DNA from: Thelocarpon superellum
Taxonomy: Eukaryota
Assembly: GCA_026025795.1 (NCBI GenBank)
Contig: JAPEUG010000100.1
Coordinates: 1 to 47,707 of the forward strand
DNA length: 47,707 nucleotides
Reading direction: 5' to 3'
Part shown: positions 1 through 12,827 of the stretch, one piece after another
Numbering within the stretch: position 1 is the first letter of the stretch
How the letters are laid out: each line of letters starts with the position of its first letter
Made by a program: the position numbers and the translations under genes
The notes under the pieces: model-generated
What the model was told of the DNA's origin: nothing
Database searches by the model: none
The model's input: only the letters and a program-made list of their open reading frames with translations

Positions 1-377
1 CCATCTCGATTGTGAATGCGTCGCACGACCCTCCTCAGCCTGGCCACACGCAAATACTCTGGTCGCTTCCGCTCCTTCGCCGCCCTGTCGCTTCGACCTG
101 CCACGGTCGACGACCTGCACAGCTCATGAGCCGCCGGGATCAAACGCTCTGCACGCACTTGCTCTGCATCACGAGCTTTATATATCGCGCTCTGTCATCG
201 AATCCCACTGCCGTTGCTAGGCTATACGAGGCCTCAAGAGGGTCCGCCACGGACGGACGTGCAATCGCTTGTTGCACTTCGGCGACCGACGCCAAGTTCT
301 CAGCGACCATTCGGACCCGCCGCTCACGTCTCTGCAGCGCAGAGTCATCGCATCGAGCCTTCGTCGGATAATAGATA

Positions 378-3300
378 ATGGCCTCGTCGCAGCAGTCTGA
401 TCATCTGCACTTAAATTACCTCCCCCAGATCACTGCCAGCCAGCCACGATCGGGATCGGGCTCCTCTACTTCGAATACTTCGCCGATTGAGCCAGCACCA
501 GGAAACCCCTTGCGATCACCCTTTGCCATGACGAACGGCCTCGGCCCTTCGGGCGCCGCTTCGGCGGCCAACACGAGACTGGGGGCTGGATCCCCGTCAC
601 ACGAGCTCGGCGGCCGGCTGTTCTCCAAGCGGTACGTAGAACCGGTGCAATCTGCGGTGGCGTGCGTGTCACTGACTGGTCACGGATGTAGGGCACGGGA
701 GATTCAAGCCCAGGAGCGGCTCACTCCCAACCTCTGGGGCCCCCCCACCAGCGGGAACTCCACCCCGCTCCGTGAGACCATCCCCGAATCCCCCACCAAC
801 GGCTTCCCCGACCTGCTTCCGCTGCCTGCTGAGACCTCGACTACGAATTCTGCTCGCCGCGCCCGCGCCGGCACCGTTCCATCACGTTTTTCCCCAATCG
901 GTCTGACCAATGGTGTGAACGTTTCCCAGACCTTGGCTCCGAAGACGTCGAGGCCCACCCCGACGGGAAGTCCCTTCAAATCCAACTCTCCCGCCAACGG
1001 CGAGGCGAGCGAGGCCATGGCCTCCTCGACTTTGAATCCGAATTCCGCCTTGCTCTCACGCTTGCGTTCTGGTTCCATGCCGCAGCGCGCCAGCTACGTC
1101 GGACCGGCTGGCCCATCCGGCCCTTCCGGTCCCTTCGGGCCGACCCTGTTCTCGACCAATTGGTCCAACGGGCGCGATCGCGCCACCACTTTGACCAGCC
1201 TGGGCTCCACCAATGCACCCTCATCTCCCGCCCAGTCGTCCTTCTCCAAAGACGGCATGGGCGACCACGAGATGCGCACGCTAGACTATCTCGGTCTGGC
1301 TGACACCCCCCAACCCGTGCGGGCCAACCTGGCCCCCGCTACTTTAGAGACCCTGCTCGAGGGGCAGCAAGTGGCGGCCATGCAGCCGTTCATGGCCGAT
1401 CTCGTCGGCTTTAACAAGAACCTCAACCGATTCCGATCCTATTCGGTCAACGCCAAGGAGAAATATGCCGAGGAGGAAGAGGAGGAGATGGCACATACCA
1501 TGTACCCCGCTCAACACAGTGGCTCCCTCACGCCCTCAGCCAGCTCGGCCGCGGCGGCCCTAGCCGCCACCCAGGCCCAGATCCACCAACACAACCTTGC
1601 CGTCCAGGCCTTTGCGAACCAAGCCTCAGCCAGCCGCCCGCGGGCCAGGACCGCCGGGGTGCTCGAATCACCCCCGGCGCGATCGCTGCGCAACTACCTC
1701 GCGACGCCGTCACGATTAGACAACAGCATCACGGCGGCCGACCTGCGATTGGGTGACGCTCGCGACTTTGACGGCCTCCCGGAGGCCGTGCAAGCGTTGC
1801 AGCTGGCCGGATTGGGCACACGGACAGGCGTCGAGAACGAGGCGAACCTCGAGGGACCCACTCGGGCCCTCTGGCTGGGAAGCATCCCATCGTCGACGAC
1901 GGTGACCTCGCTCAATGCCATCTTCGGCACATACGGCAAGATCGAGTCGGCTCGCGTTCTCACGCACAAGAACTGTGGATTCATCAACTTTGACCGAGTG
2001 GAGAGCGCCATCCAAGCAAAATCTCTCTTGAATGGGAAAGAAATTTTTCCCGGCGCAGGTCCGATTCGCATCGGGTATGCCAAGGTGCCGGATGCCTCGA
2101 CGGCGGCCACCCCAGGCACGAACGGTGCCTTCCCCTCCCCCAGTCCCGATCCCTTCAGCAGCGCTACCGGCGAGCACGGTCTACATCGCAACTCAAGCGT
2201 AAGTCGGGATGGGCCAGACGGCCATGTGACAACGAACGGCGCCCCAGTGGAGAGCACTGCGGCCGCTCTCACAGTACCGAGTTTGCCTGAGCTTCGGTCG
2301 CAGCTACTTAAGATGGTTGGGGAATTTGGCGCCAGCGAGCAGGATCAAGTGGTGGTGGCGGACAGCATCGACCAAGCGATCCAGTTCCGCGACTTTGCGC
2401 CCGAGATCCCCGCCATTCCCGAGCCGAGCCACAACCGGATTCACGACGCGCCCAAGCTGCGAGAGATCCGCAAGCGTATTGACAACAACGCGTGCTCGTC
2501 GTCGGAGATTGAAGAGATCGCCATGGCCATGCTGCCCGAGATCGCCGAGCTGGCGTCGGACTATCTAGGCAACACGGTGGTGCAGAAGTTGTTTGAAAAC
2601 TGCTCGGAAGGAGTCAAGGACATGATGCTGCAAGAGATCGCACCTCACCTGGCGGAGATTGGCGTGCACAAGAATGGCACGTGGGCGGCGCAGAAGATCA
2701 TCGACGTGTCCAAGACGCCGACGCAGATGTCGGTCATCGTGGAGAACCTACGCCCCTACACGGTCGCGCTATTTTTGGACCAGTACGGCAACTACGTGCT
2801 CCAATGCGTGCTCCGCTTCGGCTCGCCTTGGAACAACTTCATCTTCGAGAGCATGTTGGATCAGATGTGGGAGATTGCCCAAGGTCGGTTTGGCGCACGG
2901 GCGATGCGCGCCTGTCTGGAGAGTCACCACGCGACCAAAGACCAGCAGCGCATGCTGGCGGCGGCGATTGCCCTGCACAGCGTGCAATTGGCCACGAACA
3001 CCAACGGTGCCCTCCTCTTGACCTGGTTTCTGGATACCTGCACCTTCCCCCACCGACGGACGGTGCTGGCCCCACGCTTGGTGCCGCACCTGGCCCATCT
3101 CTGCACGCACAAGGTGGCGTACCTGACTGTGCTGAAGGTGATCAATCAAAGAAATGAGCCCGAGGCCCGTGATATCGTGTTGAACGCGCTGTTCTTCTCT
3201 CCTGATGATCCGGTGTTGGAGGAGATCTTGAGCGACGCGGGATGTGGAGCGACGTTGATCTTCAAAGTGCTGACGACGCCGTTCCTAGAGGATAGCATGC

Positions 3301-4229
3301 GGCCGCGCGTGATTCAGAATGTGCGCAACGTCTTACTTCGCATCAAGGCCCAGCCGTCACAAGGATACAAGCGACTGATGGACGAGGTGGGACTGTCGAC
3401 GCGCAATGGCGGTGGATCGGGACGAGACAGCCGCGATGGGCGCGATCGGTCGGCTGGCCGATCGCAGAGTCGCGAGCGGCCACGACCGGGATCTCGACAG
3501 CATTCGGCGGGTGGTCACAACGGTGGACACACCGGCGGACACACCCCGCAGCCGACGGTGGAGCGGCAATACAGCGGACAATACTTTCCGGCCGTGCAGC
3601 AAGTACAATACGATCCTCAGACGGGTCTAGCACGCAACAGCGGCGCCGGGGTGGATCCAAATGCGGCCATGTCGGCATTTGAGCAATTCGGCCTGACGGG
3701 AGTCAGCACGCCCATGTTCACGCCCAACCCGAACATGCCCGTCCCGGCTATCACGCCACAGCAGCTGCAATACCAACAAGCGATCCTCGCGGCCTCGGCT
3801 CGATCCATGGCGCCCGCCTCGTTCTATCCGGGGGCGCCCCCAACGTCGGGTCTAGGGTACGCACCCAGCACGGTGACGGCGTCCATGGACTCCTACCGTC
3901 CTTCGCTGAACAGTCCGCATCTCAACGCGTCCGGCATGGCGGGTGGCCAGCCCGGCTTTGCACCGCCGCCGCAGGCCTTTCCCATGATGAGCGGACAGAT
4001 GAATGGGCAAGCGCTGAATGTCGCCGCAGCGGCGGCCGCCGCAGCCGCCGCAGCGGGCGCGGGGGGGGCCCCAGCCTTTCCGTACCCGGCTGCTGCAGCC
4101 TTGAACGGCATGTCGTACCTTCCGCAGCAGCATATGGGCCATCCCTCGCTACAAGGGCATCATGGTCCTCAAGCTCAGCAGCAGCAACAACAGCAACAAC
4201 AATCAGGAGGTGGCGGGAACAGGAGATAG
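378..4229 (+). CDS. PUF2: Puf2/Jsn1-like RNA-binding protein (RRM + Pumilio repeats, Q/A-rich tail)
   Basis: RRM (TRALWLGSIP...KNCGFINF) followed by Pumilio repeats (DYLGNTVVQKL, HKNGTWAAQKII, DQYGNYVLQCVL, GRFGARAMRACL). One intron at 632-691 (GTACGT...CTGAC...TAG, 60 nt, in frame). Confidence 0.9.
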   Translation: MASSQQSDHLHLNYLPQITASQPRSGSGSSTSNTSPIEPAPGNPLRSPFAMTNGLGPSGAASAANTRLGAGSPSHELGGRLFSKRYVEPVQSAVACVSLTGHGCRAREIQAQERLTPNLWGPPTSGNSTPLRETIPESPTNGFPDLLPLPAETSTTNSARRARAGTVPSRFSPIGLTNGVNVSQTLAPKTSRPTPTGSPFKSNSPANGEASEAMASSTLNPNSALLSRLRSGSMPQRASYVGPAGPSGPSGPFGPTLFSTNWSNGRDRATTLTSLGSTNAPSSPAQSSFSKDGMGDHEMRTLDYLGLADTPQPVRANLAPATLETLLEGQQVAAMQPFMADLVGFNKNLNRFRSYSVNAKEKYAEEEEEEMAHTMYPAQHSGSLTPSASSAAAALAATQAQIHQHNLAVQAFANQASASRPRARTAGVLESPPARSLRNYLATPSRLDNSITAADLRLGDARDFDGLPEAVQALQLAGLGTRTGVENEANLEGPTRALWLGSIPSSTTVTSLNAIFGTYGKIESARVLTHKNCGFINFDRVESAIQAKSLLNGKEIFPGAGPIRIGYAKVPDASTAATPGTNGAFPSPSPDPFSSATGEHGLHRNSSVSRDGPDGHVTTNGAPVESTAAALTVPSLPELRSQLLKMVGEFGASEQDQVVVADSIDQAIQFRDFAPEIPAIPEPSHNRIHDAPKLREIRKRIDNNACSSSEIEEIAMAMLPEIAELASDYLGNTVVQKLFENCSEGVKDMMLQEIAPHLAEIGVHKNGTWAAQKIIDVSKTPTQMSVIVENLRPYTVALFLDQYGNYVLQCVLRFGSPWNNFIFESMLDQMWEIAQGRFGARAMRACLESHHATKDQQRMLAAAIALHSVQLATNTNGALLLTWFLDTCTFPHRRTVLAPRLVPHLAHLCTHKVAYLTVLKVINQRNEPEARDIVLNALFFSPDDPVLEEILSDAGCGATLIFKVLTTPFLEDSMRPRVIQNVRNVLLRIKAQPSQGYKRLMDEVGLSTRNGGGSGRDSRDGRDRSAGRSQSRERPRPGSRQHSAGGHNGGHTGGHTPQPTVERQYSGQYFPAVQQVQYDPQTGLARNSGAGVDPNAAMSAFEQFGLTGVSTPMFTPNPNMPVPAITPQQLQYQQAILAASARSMAPASFYPGAPPTSGLGYAPSTVTASMDSYRPSLNSPHLNASGMAGGQPGFAPPPQAFPMMSGQMNGQALNVAAAAAAAAAAAGAGGAPAFPYPAAAALNGMSYLPQQHMGHPSLQGHHGPQAQQQQQQQQQSGGGGNRR

Positions 4230-4356
4230 CGATGATAGTCGCACTGTCTGGTTTCAGCGGAAGCGTATGAGGGAAATGGCCGGAAGAGATGGAGCGCCGG
4301 ATCTGCAGAGCAGACCGAGCACCAGACGAAAAACTGCGGGGACGAACTATGCGGCC

Positions 4357-4384
4357 CAGATCAGATCAGATCAGATCAGATCAG
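4357..4384. repeat. (CAGAT)n pentanucleotide microsatellite
   Basis: About 5 tandem CAGAT units just downstream of the Puf2-like stop codon. Confidence 0.85.
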
Positions 4385-4854
4385 GCGAACCGGACCCCTT
4401 GCAACAAAATAGGTTGAATCGCACTGGATTCGGGTTTGGGAATATGGATAGGAAGGATGGGAGGACCTGGACTACGTGGGATCTGTACGGTGTTTGTTCA
4501 TCCACCTCGTGTCCATCTTCGTGTCCTTTCAGGTGTCGATTGACTCTCTTTACGCTCTTTCTTTCCTTTCTTCTTCCACCTCACATTCAAGCCATGCATG
4601 TAGTGAGTTGGTGCATGTATGAACATCAAGTGAAGGCGACAACAAGGCCTGATCCAATAACGATTGCCGTCGCCGTCGCCATCGCTTGTCCTCCCGTCAT
4701 TCATTTCCCCCCGTTCAATCCCGCCGAGCCTGTCCGTGTCCTTTACCCCAACGCCCGGCAGAAGTAGAAGGCACAGCCGAAGGGACGAGTACCAAGAGTA
4801 CATGTAAAGTACAGCACAGCCACAGCACAGGACGGCAACGCAAGACGGAAGATG

Positions 4855-6259
4855 TCATGCGCCATTCGGATTCTTCCGTCTCTCCTCCTCCCTGCGACGA
4901 TCACGACGGCCTTCCTCCTCTCTACGCTGCTGATCCTGTTCCTGGGCACGGCGTTTCTTGAAGCCGTCCTTGATGCCCTTGGCGGCGCGAATGAGATCGC
5001 TTTCGGACACGCGGTCCTGGATGCTCTCGATGACGCTCGCGACGGTAGTGAAGTGATTGGGATCCTTCTTGTCGTCGCGGAAGCGCATGAAGCGCCACCG
5101 GCCCTCCTTGTCCTGGTGACACTCGACGATCTGGTCGTTCAGCGGGATCTGGAGGCGCTTGAGATCTTCCCATTCCTGCGACGTCGCGTACATGGTGCCG
5201 TAGCCGCGGTCCTCGCGGTTGTCGCCGCCCACGGAGAGCCGCAGCACGGGCATCGCGTCCCAATCCGGGATGGGCTCTGTCTCGCCCGCCGCTCGCTCGT
5301 CCGGGTCCGGGTCCCGCGTGGGGAAGTCGAGGTTGAGGCGGAAGTCGACGGAGTTTTCTTCCTCGGGCTTCCACTTCAGAATGTGCTCGTCCGTGCCGAA
5401 GGTGTAGGGGCTGTTGCGGCACGTGAAGATCAGCCCGTCGTTGCCGTGCGGCAGGTTGGGCAGGATGTCCTTGAACATCATCTCGATGCCGTAGCTGAGC
5501 TCCATCTGCTTGAACTCCACGATGAAGGGCAGGTATTGGATCTCCTCGGGGTATTTGGCGTACAGGGCTTTGTAGGGGTCGTAGACGTGCGCGCGGAAAT
5601 ACGCAAGCCGCTTGTCCAGCGTCCGGTGCATCAGGGATTGGCCGTCGAGCGTGAGGCAGTCGAAGACGAGGTACTTCAGTTGGATCTGTCCGTTGGCCAG
5701 CGTGTCGTTGACCAGCTCGCCGTCGATGATGGTGCCCAGGTGGAACTTCTGGAAGGATGGGTCCTCGGGCACGGGGAAGTGCAGGCCGCGCACGTAGTAG
5801 TAGTCGTTCTTCCGGTCGATCAGGTAGTGGATCTCAGAGCCGCCGTCGCCTTCTGCAAAGTACATGAGGCAGCGAATGCCGTCGGACTTTTCGCACACGT
5901 AGTAACTATGCGATGGCCGAGGAGCACGCGCAGGTCAGCCAAGCTCGTCGATGGTTGGCTCATCGTGGGCAAGGGCGGAGTGGGGTGGGGTGGGGCGGGG
6001 CGGGGCGGGGGCGGACGTTGCCGCGGGTCTACCGTCCACGGTCCCAGGACCACGCGGAGCTCGCGGGGCCACGGCGCATGCGCACAACTTACTCTTCCAT
6101 CTGCAATTCGCGGAGGTGCCGCAGCGCAAAGCTCACCGGCTGCGCGCCGGGAAAACGATCGGACTTACGACCGAGGAGATCGGCCACCTCGCCTCGGAAC
6201 TGGCGGGCCAGAGGGGGGTCGGCCTTCTCGCCGGGGATCTCCGGTACGGCTTGTCCCAT
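4855..6259 (-). CDS. CEG1: mRNA capping enzyme guanylyltransferase subunit
   Basis: Exon 1 6259-6093 (MGQAVPEIPG...FPGAQPVSF...), intron 6092-5906, exon 2 5905-4855. Catalytic KxDG motif (YYVCEKSDGIR) plus GTIIDGELV, HGNDGLIFT, ILKWKP and RDDKKDPN motifs. Confidence 0.95.
5982..6011 (+). repeat. (GGGGY)n G-tract array, potential G-quadruplex
   Basis: Six runs of at least 4 G separated by single bases, inside the CEG1 intron. Confidence 0.8.
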
Positions 6260-6439
6260 GTTGAGGTCACGGCCACGGCCACGGTCACGGAGAGGTCGCG
6301 CGGACCGGGCTGGTCGGGATCATGGACGACAGCCGGCTGGGAGGCTCAGCCGCGCGCAGACTTGGCAGCGCGGTGGTGCGAGCCGCGACTACGCTCCAAC
6401 TGCCGGGGGACTTAGTGACGCTGGTCGGTTGCGGTCGCA

Positions 6440-6467
6440 GTCGTGGTCGTGGTCGTGATCGTGGTCA

Positions 6468-6502
<35 letters not shown>

Positions 6503-6503
6503 G
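6440..6503. repeat. Compound hexamer microsatellite (GTCGTG)n-(GCACAG)n
   Basis: Directly visible tandem hexamers upstream of CEG1. Confidence 0.85.
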
Positions 6504-7284
6504 GTGTCGTAAGGAGCGGGCGTGGGCCGTGACGACGGCGCAACTCGCGCGGCAATCACAATCACATTCGAAAACACGACCACCACAACACCACAACACC
6601 ACCGTCACCGCCACTACCACCGGCAGGTGGAGACTCGAGAGCGAGAGGAGAAGATGCAGGAGCCAGAAGTGACCGGTGCAATCTCCCCCGGCAGTATCTA
6701 CAGCGCATGTTGAGTATCTACCTAATACACGCACCCACCCACGATGAAGCTACGCTAGGCCAGCTGCATCAATGCAGCTGGCTTGGCGGGGTCGTGTGGT
6801 GGCCTACGTGAGGTTTCATTCCTAACCGACGGATCGCGCTGGGGAATCCGCTGCGCTGGGCCTAGGATGGTGACTAGTACGGGTGCTCGGTACTTCGCAC
6901 GAGGACCGCGACACGAGTCACTCGGTGTTCCCCTTATTGACATGACATGTCTTGGCTTTTGGTCGGATGCGGCGAAGTACGTTATGTAAGCCGTCCAGAC
7001 CTCGGATGCCACTGTCAGATACAGCTCCAATGACATGGTGAAGCAAGGCATTGATGACATGATGAACAACCAACGAGATCTTACACGGGGTAGATGCCTG
7101 CTTCAGGTTGCGGTAGAGATGGGAGATGCGGCTTGTCACCGTCCCGATTATCATCGTAGCAAAGCTCGTCAGAGGGACTATCAGCAATGGAAGAAAAGAC
7201 GCCTTCCCAATGCACCTCCGATCCTCGTTCCTCCCTGCCCACCTCCGAGGTCAAACGCCGGTTGGCCACGCACAACGCATGTCA

Positions 7285-8738
7285 TCAGGCTTGGGACGCC
7301 ACGGTTGGGGTCAATGCCTTCCGTTGTCCACCGCCAGATCCCGCTGCGGCCGCCGCGCGGTTCTGGCCCGACACAGCTTGCTGCATCAGTGAAGGCCGCC
7401 GCATCGGAGCCTCAAGGGTCCCTTCCGACGCCGCGCTCATCACGGGCGAAGAGGAAAAGGGCCCGCCGATATTCGCCTCGGAGCCCGAAAGGGGTACCCG
7501 TGCGCCCGCATCGCCCGTCGAGAACAGCCCCCCTCCCCGGCTTCCCCCCAACGCCCCCGAGAGCAAGCCCTTCATGCGCACGTATTGGTACTTTCGTCGT
7601 GTCGGCATGAGCATATGCTGTTCGAGTGGTTGCGGTCGTGATCGCGCGATCGCCGCCATGATGGCGTCCTTCTCCTCGTCCGAATCGATGGGGCCGGCAG
7701 TGCCATCAAGCTCGTCTTGTAGTGGAGCATTGGCGTCGATGGCCGCTTCTATCCGAGAGTCAGTCCCCATGTGCCAGCCATCCGGTCATGGGCCACGTAC
7801 TTTGTTGCTTGGCTTGATTCTTCTTCTGGTAGACCGATAACAGCATATCGTACGGGAGAGACCGGCCAGGCACCGCCCGTTTCGCTCCCATGGAATGGCT
7901 CTTGCACGTCAAGGAACGAGCACACTGAGCGCCGTTGGGGAGAGGCACGCCACACTGCTTTTCCACATCCACCGGCCCTGCGCAGGGTGTCAGTCGGCAG
8001 AATCAGGAGCAAGAAAGCCGAACACGGGGACATCATTACCCTTGGGCTTGGCAAGCTTGGGTTTGGGTTCCTCCTTCTTCTTCTTCGCCTTGGGCCCCTT
8101 CTCCGCATCCGCGTCGGCCTTGCGTTTCTTTGACTTCTTCGTGCTGTCATCGATCGTCTTGGACTCGGTCGGAACGGCGCTCTTCTTGGCGCTCTTGACC
8201 TTCTCGGCACTGTCCGCTTCCTCGCCCGCCTTGCCCGCCGTATCCTTCACCGGCGTCTCGGTCGGAGCGTCCCGGCCCTTCTCCTTGGCCTCCCGCTCAC
8301 GCGCCGCGGCTTCTTTGACCTCTTTCTTCTTCTTCAACTTCTCTTGCTTCTGTTTTGCGCAGTGCTGGAGGTGCGCCACCGCGACGGTGTGGAGCACGGC
8401 CTTCTTGCAATGTTTGCACATGACCAGCTCCGGCTCATCGAGGAGCGGCTGTCCCGTGGCGAAGCTGGCCACCTCCTTGTCCTCCAGCTCATTGACGATG
8501 GGCGATGGCGCCGAGGCAGGAGTCGGCGAGCCATGCTTCTTTCCATCTGTAGCTGAAGTCAGTCCGTGCTCATCAACCAACGTGGTCACGCCAGTGCCAT
8601 CGCCATCGCTAGGGCCGCATCGACCCGTGCCGGTGGCACACCGTCTCACAACCTACCCAGCTTGACCGACGGTCGCTTCAGTTTGATCTTCCCCCCCCCT
8701 TTGTCCTTCTTGCTCGCTTTGGTGGTGGAGGCGTCCAT
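7285..8738 (-). CDS. SGF73: SAGA deubiquitination-module subunit Sgf73 (ataxin-7/SCA7 domain)
   Basis: Exons 8738-8657, 8546-8040, 7977-7801, 7748-7285, all with GT-AG junctions. N-terminal zinc finger CKHCKK...H...C and SCA7 domain [40 protein letters not shown]. Confidence 0.92.
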
Positions 8739-9368
8739 CTCGATGGCGTCGGAGGATGAAGCCACCGACGACGCTGCAGCGAGGATCGATCAGCCACAGC
8801 TCACGAGAATTGCATCCGTGGAAAGTGTTTGGAGGAACCACGGGAGTCATGGAGAACTTACGCTCCGCATTGATCAGGCGATTGCCTGTTGTCTGCCGCT
8901 GTTATCGTTCGTGACCGGATGGGGTGTTGGTATCGTGAGGTGGAAGGCGACGATGACTAAGATCGGCGCACCACCAAATGAGGTCGGGGGTGGTCCAGCC
9001 ACGTGACCTTGCCCTCCCAGTCAGAGTCAGGAAGGGTGCCGGCAAGCAGGGAGCTCATCCACCATCATCGGGAACGAGGGTGCGAACGGTCACAATGCCA
9101 GTGTCACGTCAGAGCTTGATCAATTCTATGCTACAGCAAATGCGCAGTGCCCATGATCTGTCCCCACGCCACCATGCAACATGCGTACAGCGAAGAAGAC
9201 ACATGTGGACGCCCATCCCACGTCTAGCAAGAGACAGATCGCCCATCTCCAGTCCCTGATGCAGTTCAGTCCGAGCTTCCATCTCCGGAAGGCCGAATGC
9301 CCGAGGGAGGGAGCGACAGCGAAGGGAAGGTCATGTGTGGGCGAGGGACACGAGAGCAGAGTGCGCAC

Positions 9369-12300
9369 TCAGAACTGGTACCGCGATCCCTGCCGCCCGA
9401 GCGTCTTGCCTTGGCGGCCGCCCGCCCCGGCCCGCGTCTGTCGCTCCATCTGAGCCTTCTTGCTCGCCTTACGTGGCCGCGGTGGCTCCGAGTGCAAGTG
9501 GCCAATCTCACTCAGGGCCATGGTGTTGCGCCAGGCGAAACATCGACGCCCGCTCGACCCAAACGGCGTCCGCGTCCGCGTGGACATGCGCGCCGGTGGC
9601 TCGTCGGTCGACTTCTTGTCGTCGCCATTCAAGTACTCCCGCCGCTTCCGCATGTGCGCGCTGATGTTCTCCCGCTGGAGCTGCAGCTCTTTGCGTAGTT
9701 TGTTCTCGCGGTTGCCGCGCGCGTCCAGCCAGCCGATCAGCATCTCGAGCGAGTCGGGCTCGTCGTAAAACCCCCATTCGTGCGCCGTCGTGAGACGCGT
9801 GGGACCCTCCTCAAGCCGCTTCCGCTCGAGTACGGTCATGTGGAAGGCCTTCTGATGCGGGCCCGACTCCCCCTCGCCGGGCTCGATGAAGCCTGCGCGC
9901 TCGTCATCATCCGGTCCCTGCACCCAGACGCACGCGTTGGCGTAGCCCGCCGCAGCCGTCGAGCTCGTGGGGAGGCCGGCGTAGGGCATGCCGTTGCGCT
10001 CGAACCACCAGTACCGATTCCAGAAGCGATCGCGGCCCAGACACCGCGCGCGCGGACAGTCTGCCTCGCGGAGATCGTTGTCCAGCGTCGCAATCTCCTC
10101 CTCGCACACCTTGATCTTGTCCTTCTTCTTCTCAATCTCCTTCAACACCTTCTTGAACTGCGGCGACATCTTGGGCACCTTGGCCGCCGCCTCGGCCTTC
10201 TCCTTCTTCTCGCGTTCCTCCTCGCGCTTGCGCTTGCGCTCTGCCGCCCGGTCGTTGCCACGTCGCAGCGACCGTCCAGTGTGCGGCTCGCCGTCGTCCG
10301 TATCTTCGGTCTCCTCCTCCTCGACCTCCGCCTCTTCCGCGTCGGCCATCTTGGTGTCCCCATCCGCCTCTTCCACCGGCGCATCGGTGGCGGGCGAGGC
10401 CGGTTGCTCCGGCAAGAGCGCCTTGCGTTCATCGTCCAGCGCCCGCAGCTCTTCCACGCTAGTGCATTGTCAGTCAGGGCACCATCGCGCCAGGATGCCG
10501 ATCAAGGCTGGCGGACTCACTAAAGCTTGCGCTGTCGTTGCCAGTCAATCTTCTCTTTGCGGAACCCCGTCATCTGCTCGCTACATTCCTCCATGTAGCC
10601 ACGGATGGCCTTAGTCTCGATGGTGAGCATGCAGATGATCTGTAGGATCCTGACGCGCGCGCCCAAGTCGAGGGTGGCGTACTGTTGCCGCGCCGTCTCT
10701 TGTGTCGCCTCGCCGTCGACCGGAGCGAGGTGCGTCAGAAGCGGCTCACACCGCGCCGCATACCGCGGATTCAAGGACAGCTGGTAGAGGAGGCCGACTA
10801 GGATGATCTGCCATCCACCCCGTTCGAAGTCCCGTCTCTGCAGCCGCCGGACCCATCCGTAGTCAGCCAGCATCTCGATCGCTTGGTGCGTCTTCGGCTC
10901 CGCGCTGGGCGAGCGCGCTCGTTGTTCCGCAGCCTCCTCGGCGAGCGTGAGGGCGGCCGCCTTGTTCAGGCTGCTGCGTGTCGTTCGCCCGACAGGCTTC
11001 ACCTCAGGCTCGGGCGACGGGGAGGGTTCGGGCTCGTCCTCGCCTTCCAACGCCTCCTCCTCACTCTCTCCCTCCTCGGGCATGTCGGGCAGGGCCACTT
11101 GGACCTTGCCTCCCTTGGATTCCTCGTCGACGAGGATCTTGAGGACGGCACAGTGAATCTCGACCAACAGTTCGCTCTCTTCCTCCTCGGCCGTGAGCAG
11201 CATTGCCTCGACCAAGTCGTCGAAAGTGAAGGAGTCGAGCTGAAAGATCTCGCAATACACGTTGAGCGTCTCCCATACCTCCAAGAGCGGGCCGACGGAC
11301 TCCATCTCGACTGGCTCGTCCGCCTCGTCTTCCTCTTCCTCTTCCTCTTCCTCTTCCTCTTCTCTAGCCACGCGCCGGGTGAGGAAGCGGAGGGACGGTC
11401 GATGGGTGCCGTCGTGGGAGGGCGCGATCTCGAGATCCTCAATCGGATACTTGATAGGCGGTGGTAGGGCCGGTTTCGGCACGCCCTTGGCGATCAGGGG
11501 GGTTAAGGCGGGGAAATTGCTGTGGATGAACTGCGTCTGCTCGTTGAGCGGGGCAGCCGCCATCGCGGCGTGGTGGTCGCCGTCGTGGTGGGCCAAGGCC
11601 TGCTGATACTCGAGATACTGCTGTTGTTTGCTGCGTGCCAGTTGCTGCTGGAACTGCTTGCTCTTGTGACTCTTGCTCGCCGGTTTCAGCTCAGGTAGAC
11701 GAGATTGGGGCGCGAAAAAATTGAGGATGTTGCCATCCTGTTCCGGGGTGTGATGATGGTTGCTGGTGATGTTGTTGCTGTGCTTCTTCTGCGCCAGTTG
11801 CGCCCTCTTCTCCGCAATCTTGTTGCTGTACTGCAGGTGGGCCGGGACCTCGGTATCGATCTTGAGCCGCACGGCGATGCTGTCTTTGACCAGCCACGGC
11901 GCCCCCGTCCAGGCTTCGCGGGTGACGGTGTTCTTGATAAAGGATCGCAACATCTGCTTGGTGAAGGATTTGCGGTCGCGCACGATGTGTTCGTCATCGA
12001 CCAGGGCCTCTTCGTCCGGGCGGTTGGTCAGGGCGACGAAGTACCGCGCGAAGGCTCTTCGCTCGATCGTGCCGTCCAGTCGCTTGAGCTCGGGGAATTT
12101 GGCCTTCTCGCGCACCTGTCCGCTGAGTCGTTCGCCATCATCAAGGGAGACGGTCACGTTCTCGCCCGGGTAGAAGTCTTGCTTGAACTCGTCAAACACA
12201 TAGTCCACGAGGTTGTCGATGCGCGAGATGGTCGAGAACTGGACTTTTCGCAAGACGGGCTCCCGTAGGGCATCAGGGAAGGAGCGTTCGACATCGCGGG

Positions 12301-12827
12301 AGCCGGCCATCTAGAGTGGTCAGTCCGGCGAGGTTACCTTCCCCTGTCGTGGCGGAGCTCGCGCGGGCATACCTCGCTCTTGAGCGCTTCAAAGAAGTTC
12401 AAGCCCGAATGACCAGTGATTTCGCAGATGAATCGCCGCTGCTCGAATTAGCATCGATGCTGGGGAATGATGACGGGTCAACTACGACCCTCGCGTACCT
12501 GGTTGTAGAAGTCCATCCTATCGCGTGGTACACCACGTTAGTTGGGGAGGAAGGAGGTCTGTTGATGGTCGTGTACTCACCGGTGGAGATACGCTTCATA
12601 GTCGGCAAAGATTTCCTCTGTCGGTTGGATGACCCAGACCTATGGGGTTGACGGTCAGCCTTTCATGAGCCCAATCGGGGGGGGAGGGGGGGTTAAAGGA
12701 TGCATACATCGGCATTCTCATCTTCGATGATTGGCGGTTGCAAATATTGCACCGGCTTGCGTTTGAACAAGACCTGTAGCCAGTCAACCTCGCAGGACGC
12801 GTTATGGGACGCGCCGGCGTATACCAT
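9369..12827 (-). CDS. ITC1: ISW2 chromatin-remodelling complex subunit Itc1/Acf1-like (WAC, DDT, WHIM1, WSD domains)
   Basis: Coding exons 12827-12825 (ATG only), 12773-12708, 12639-12581, 12517-12499, 12438-12373, 12310-10521, 10458-9369. Spliced N-terminus MVLFKRKPVQY...RMDFYNQRRFICEITGHSGLNFFEALKSE (WAC); DDT LLEVWETLNVYCEIFQLDSFTFDD; WSD CLGRDRFWNRYWWF. Confidence 0.93.

Noticed and set aside
4852..6264. 470-aa ORF antisense to CEG1
   Set aside because: Mirror frame of the capping enzyme gene that also crosses its G-rich intron; no recognisable domain.
6654..7280. Short ORFs between CEG1 and SGF73
   Set aside because: No consistent splice model or homology signal; probably promoter and 3' UTR.
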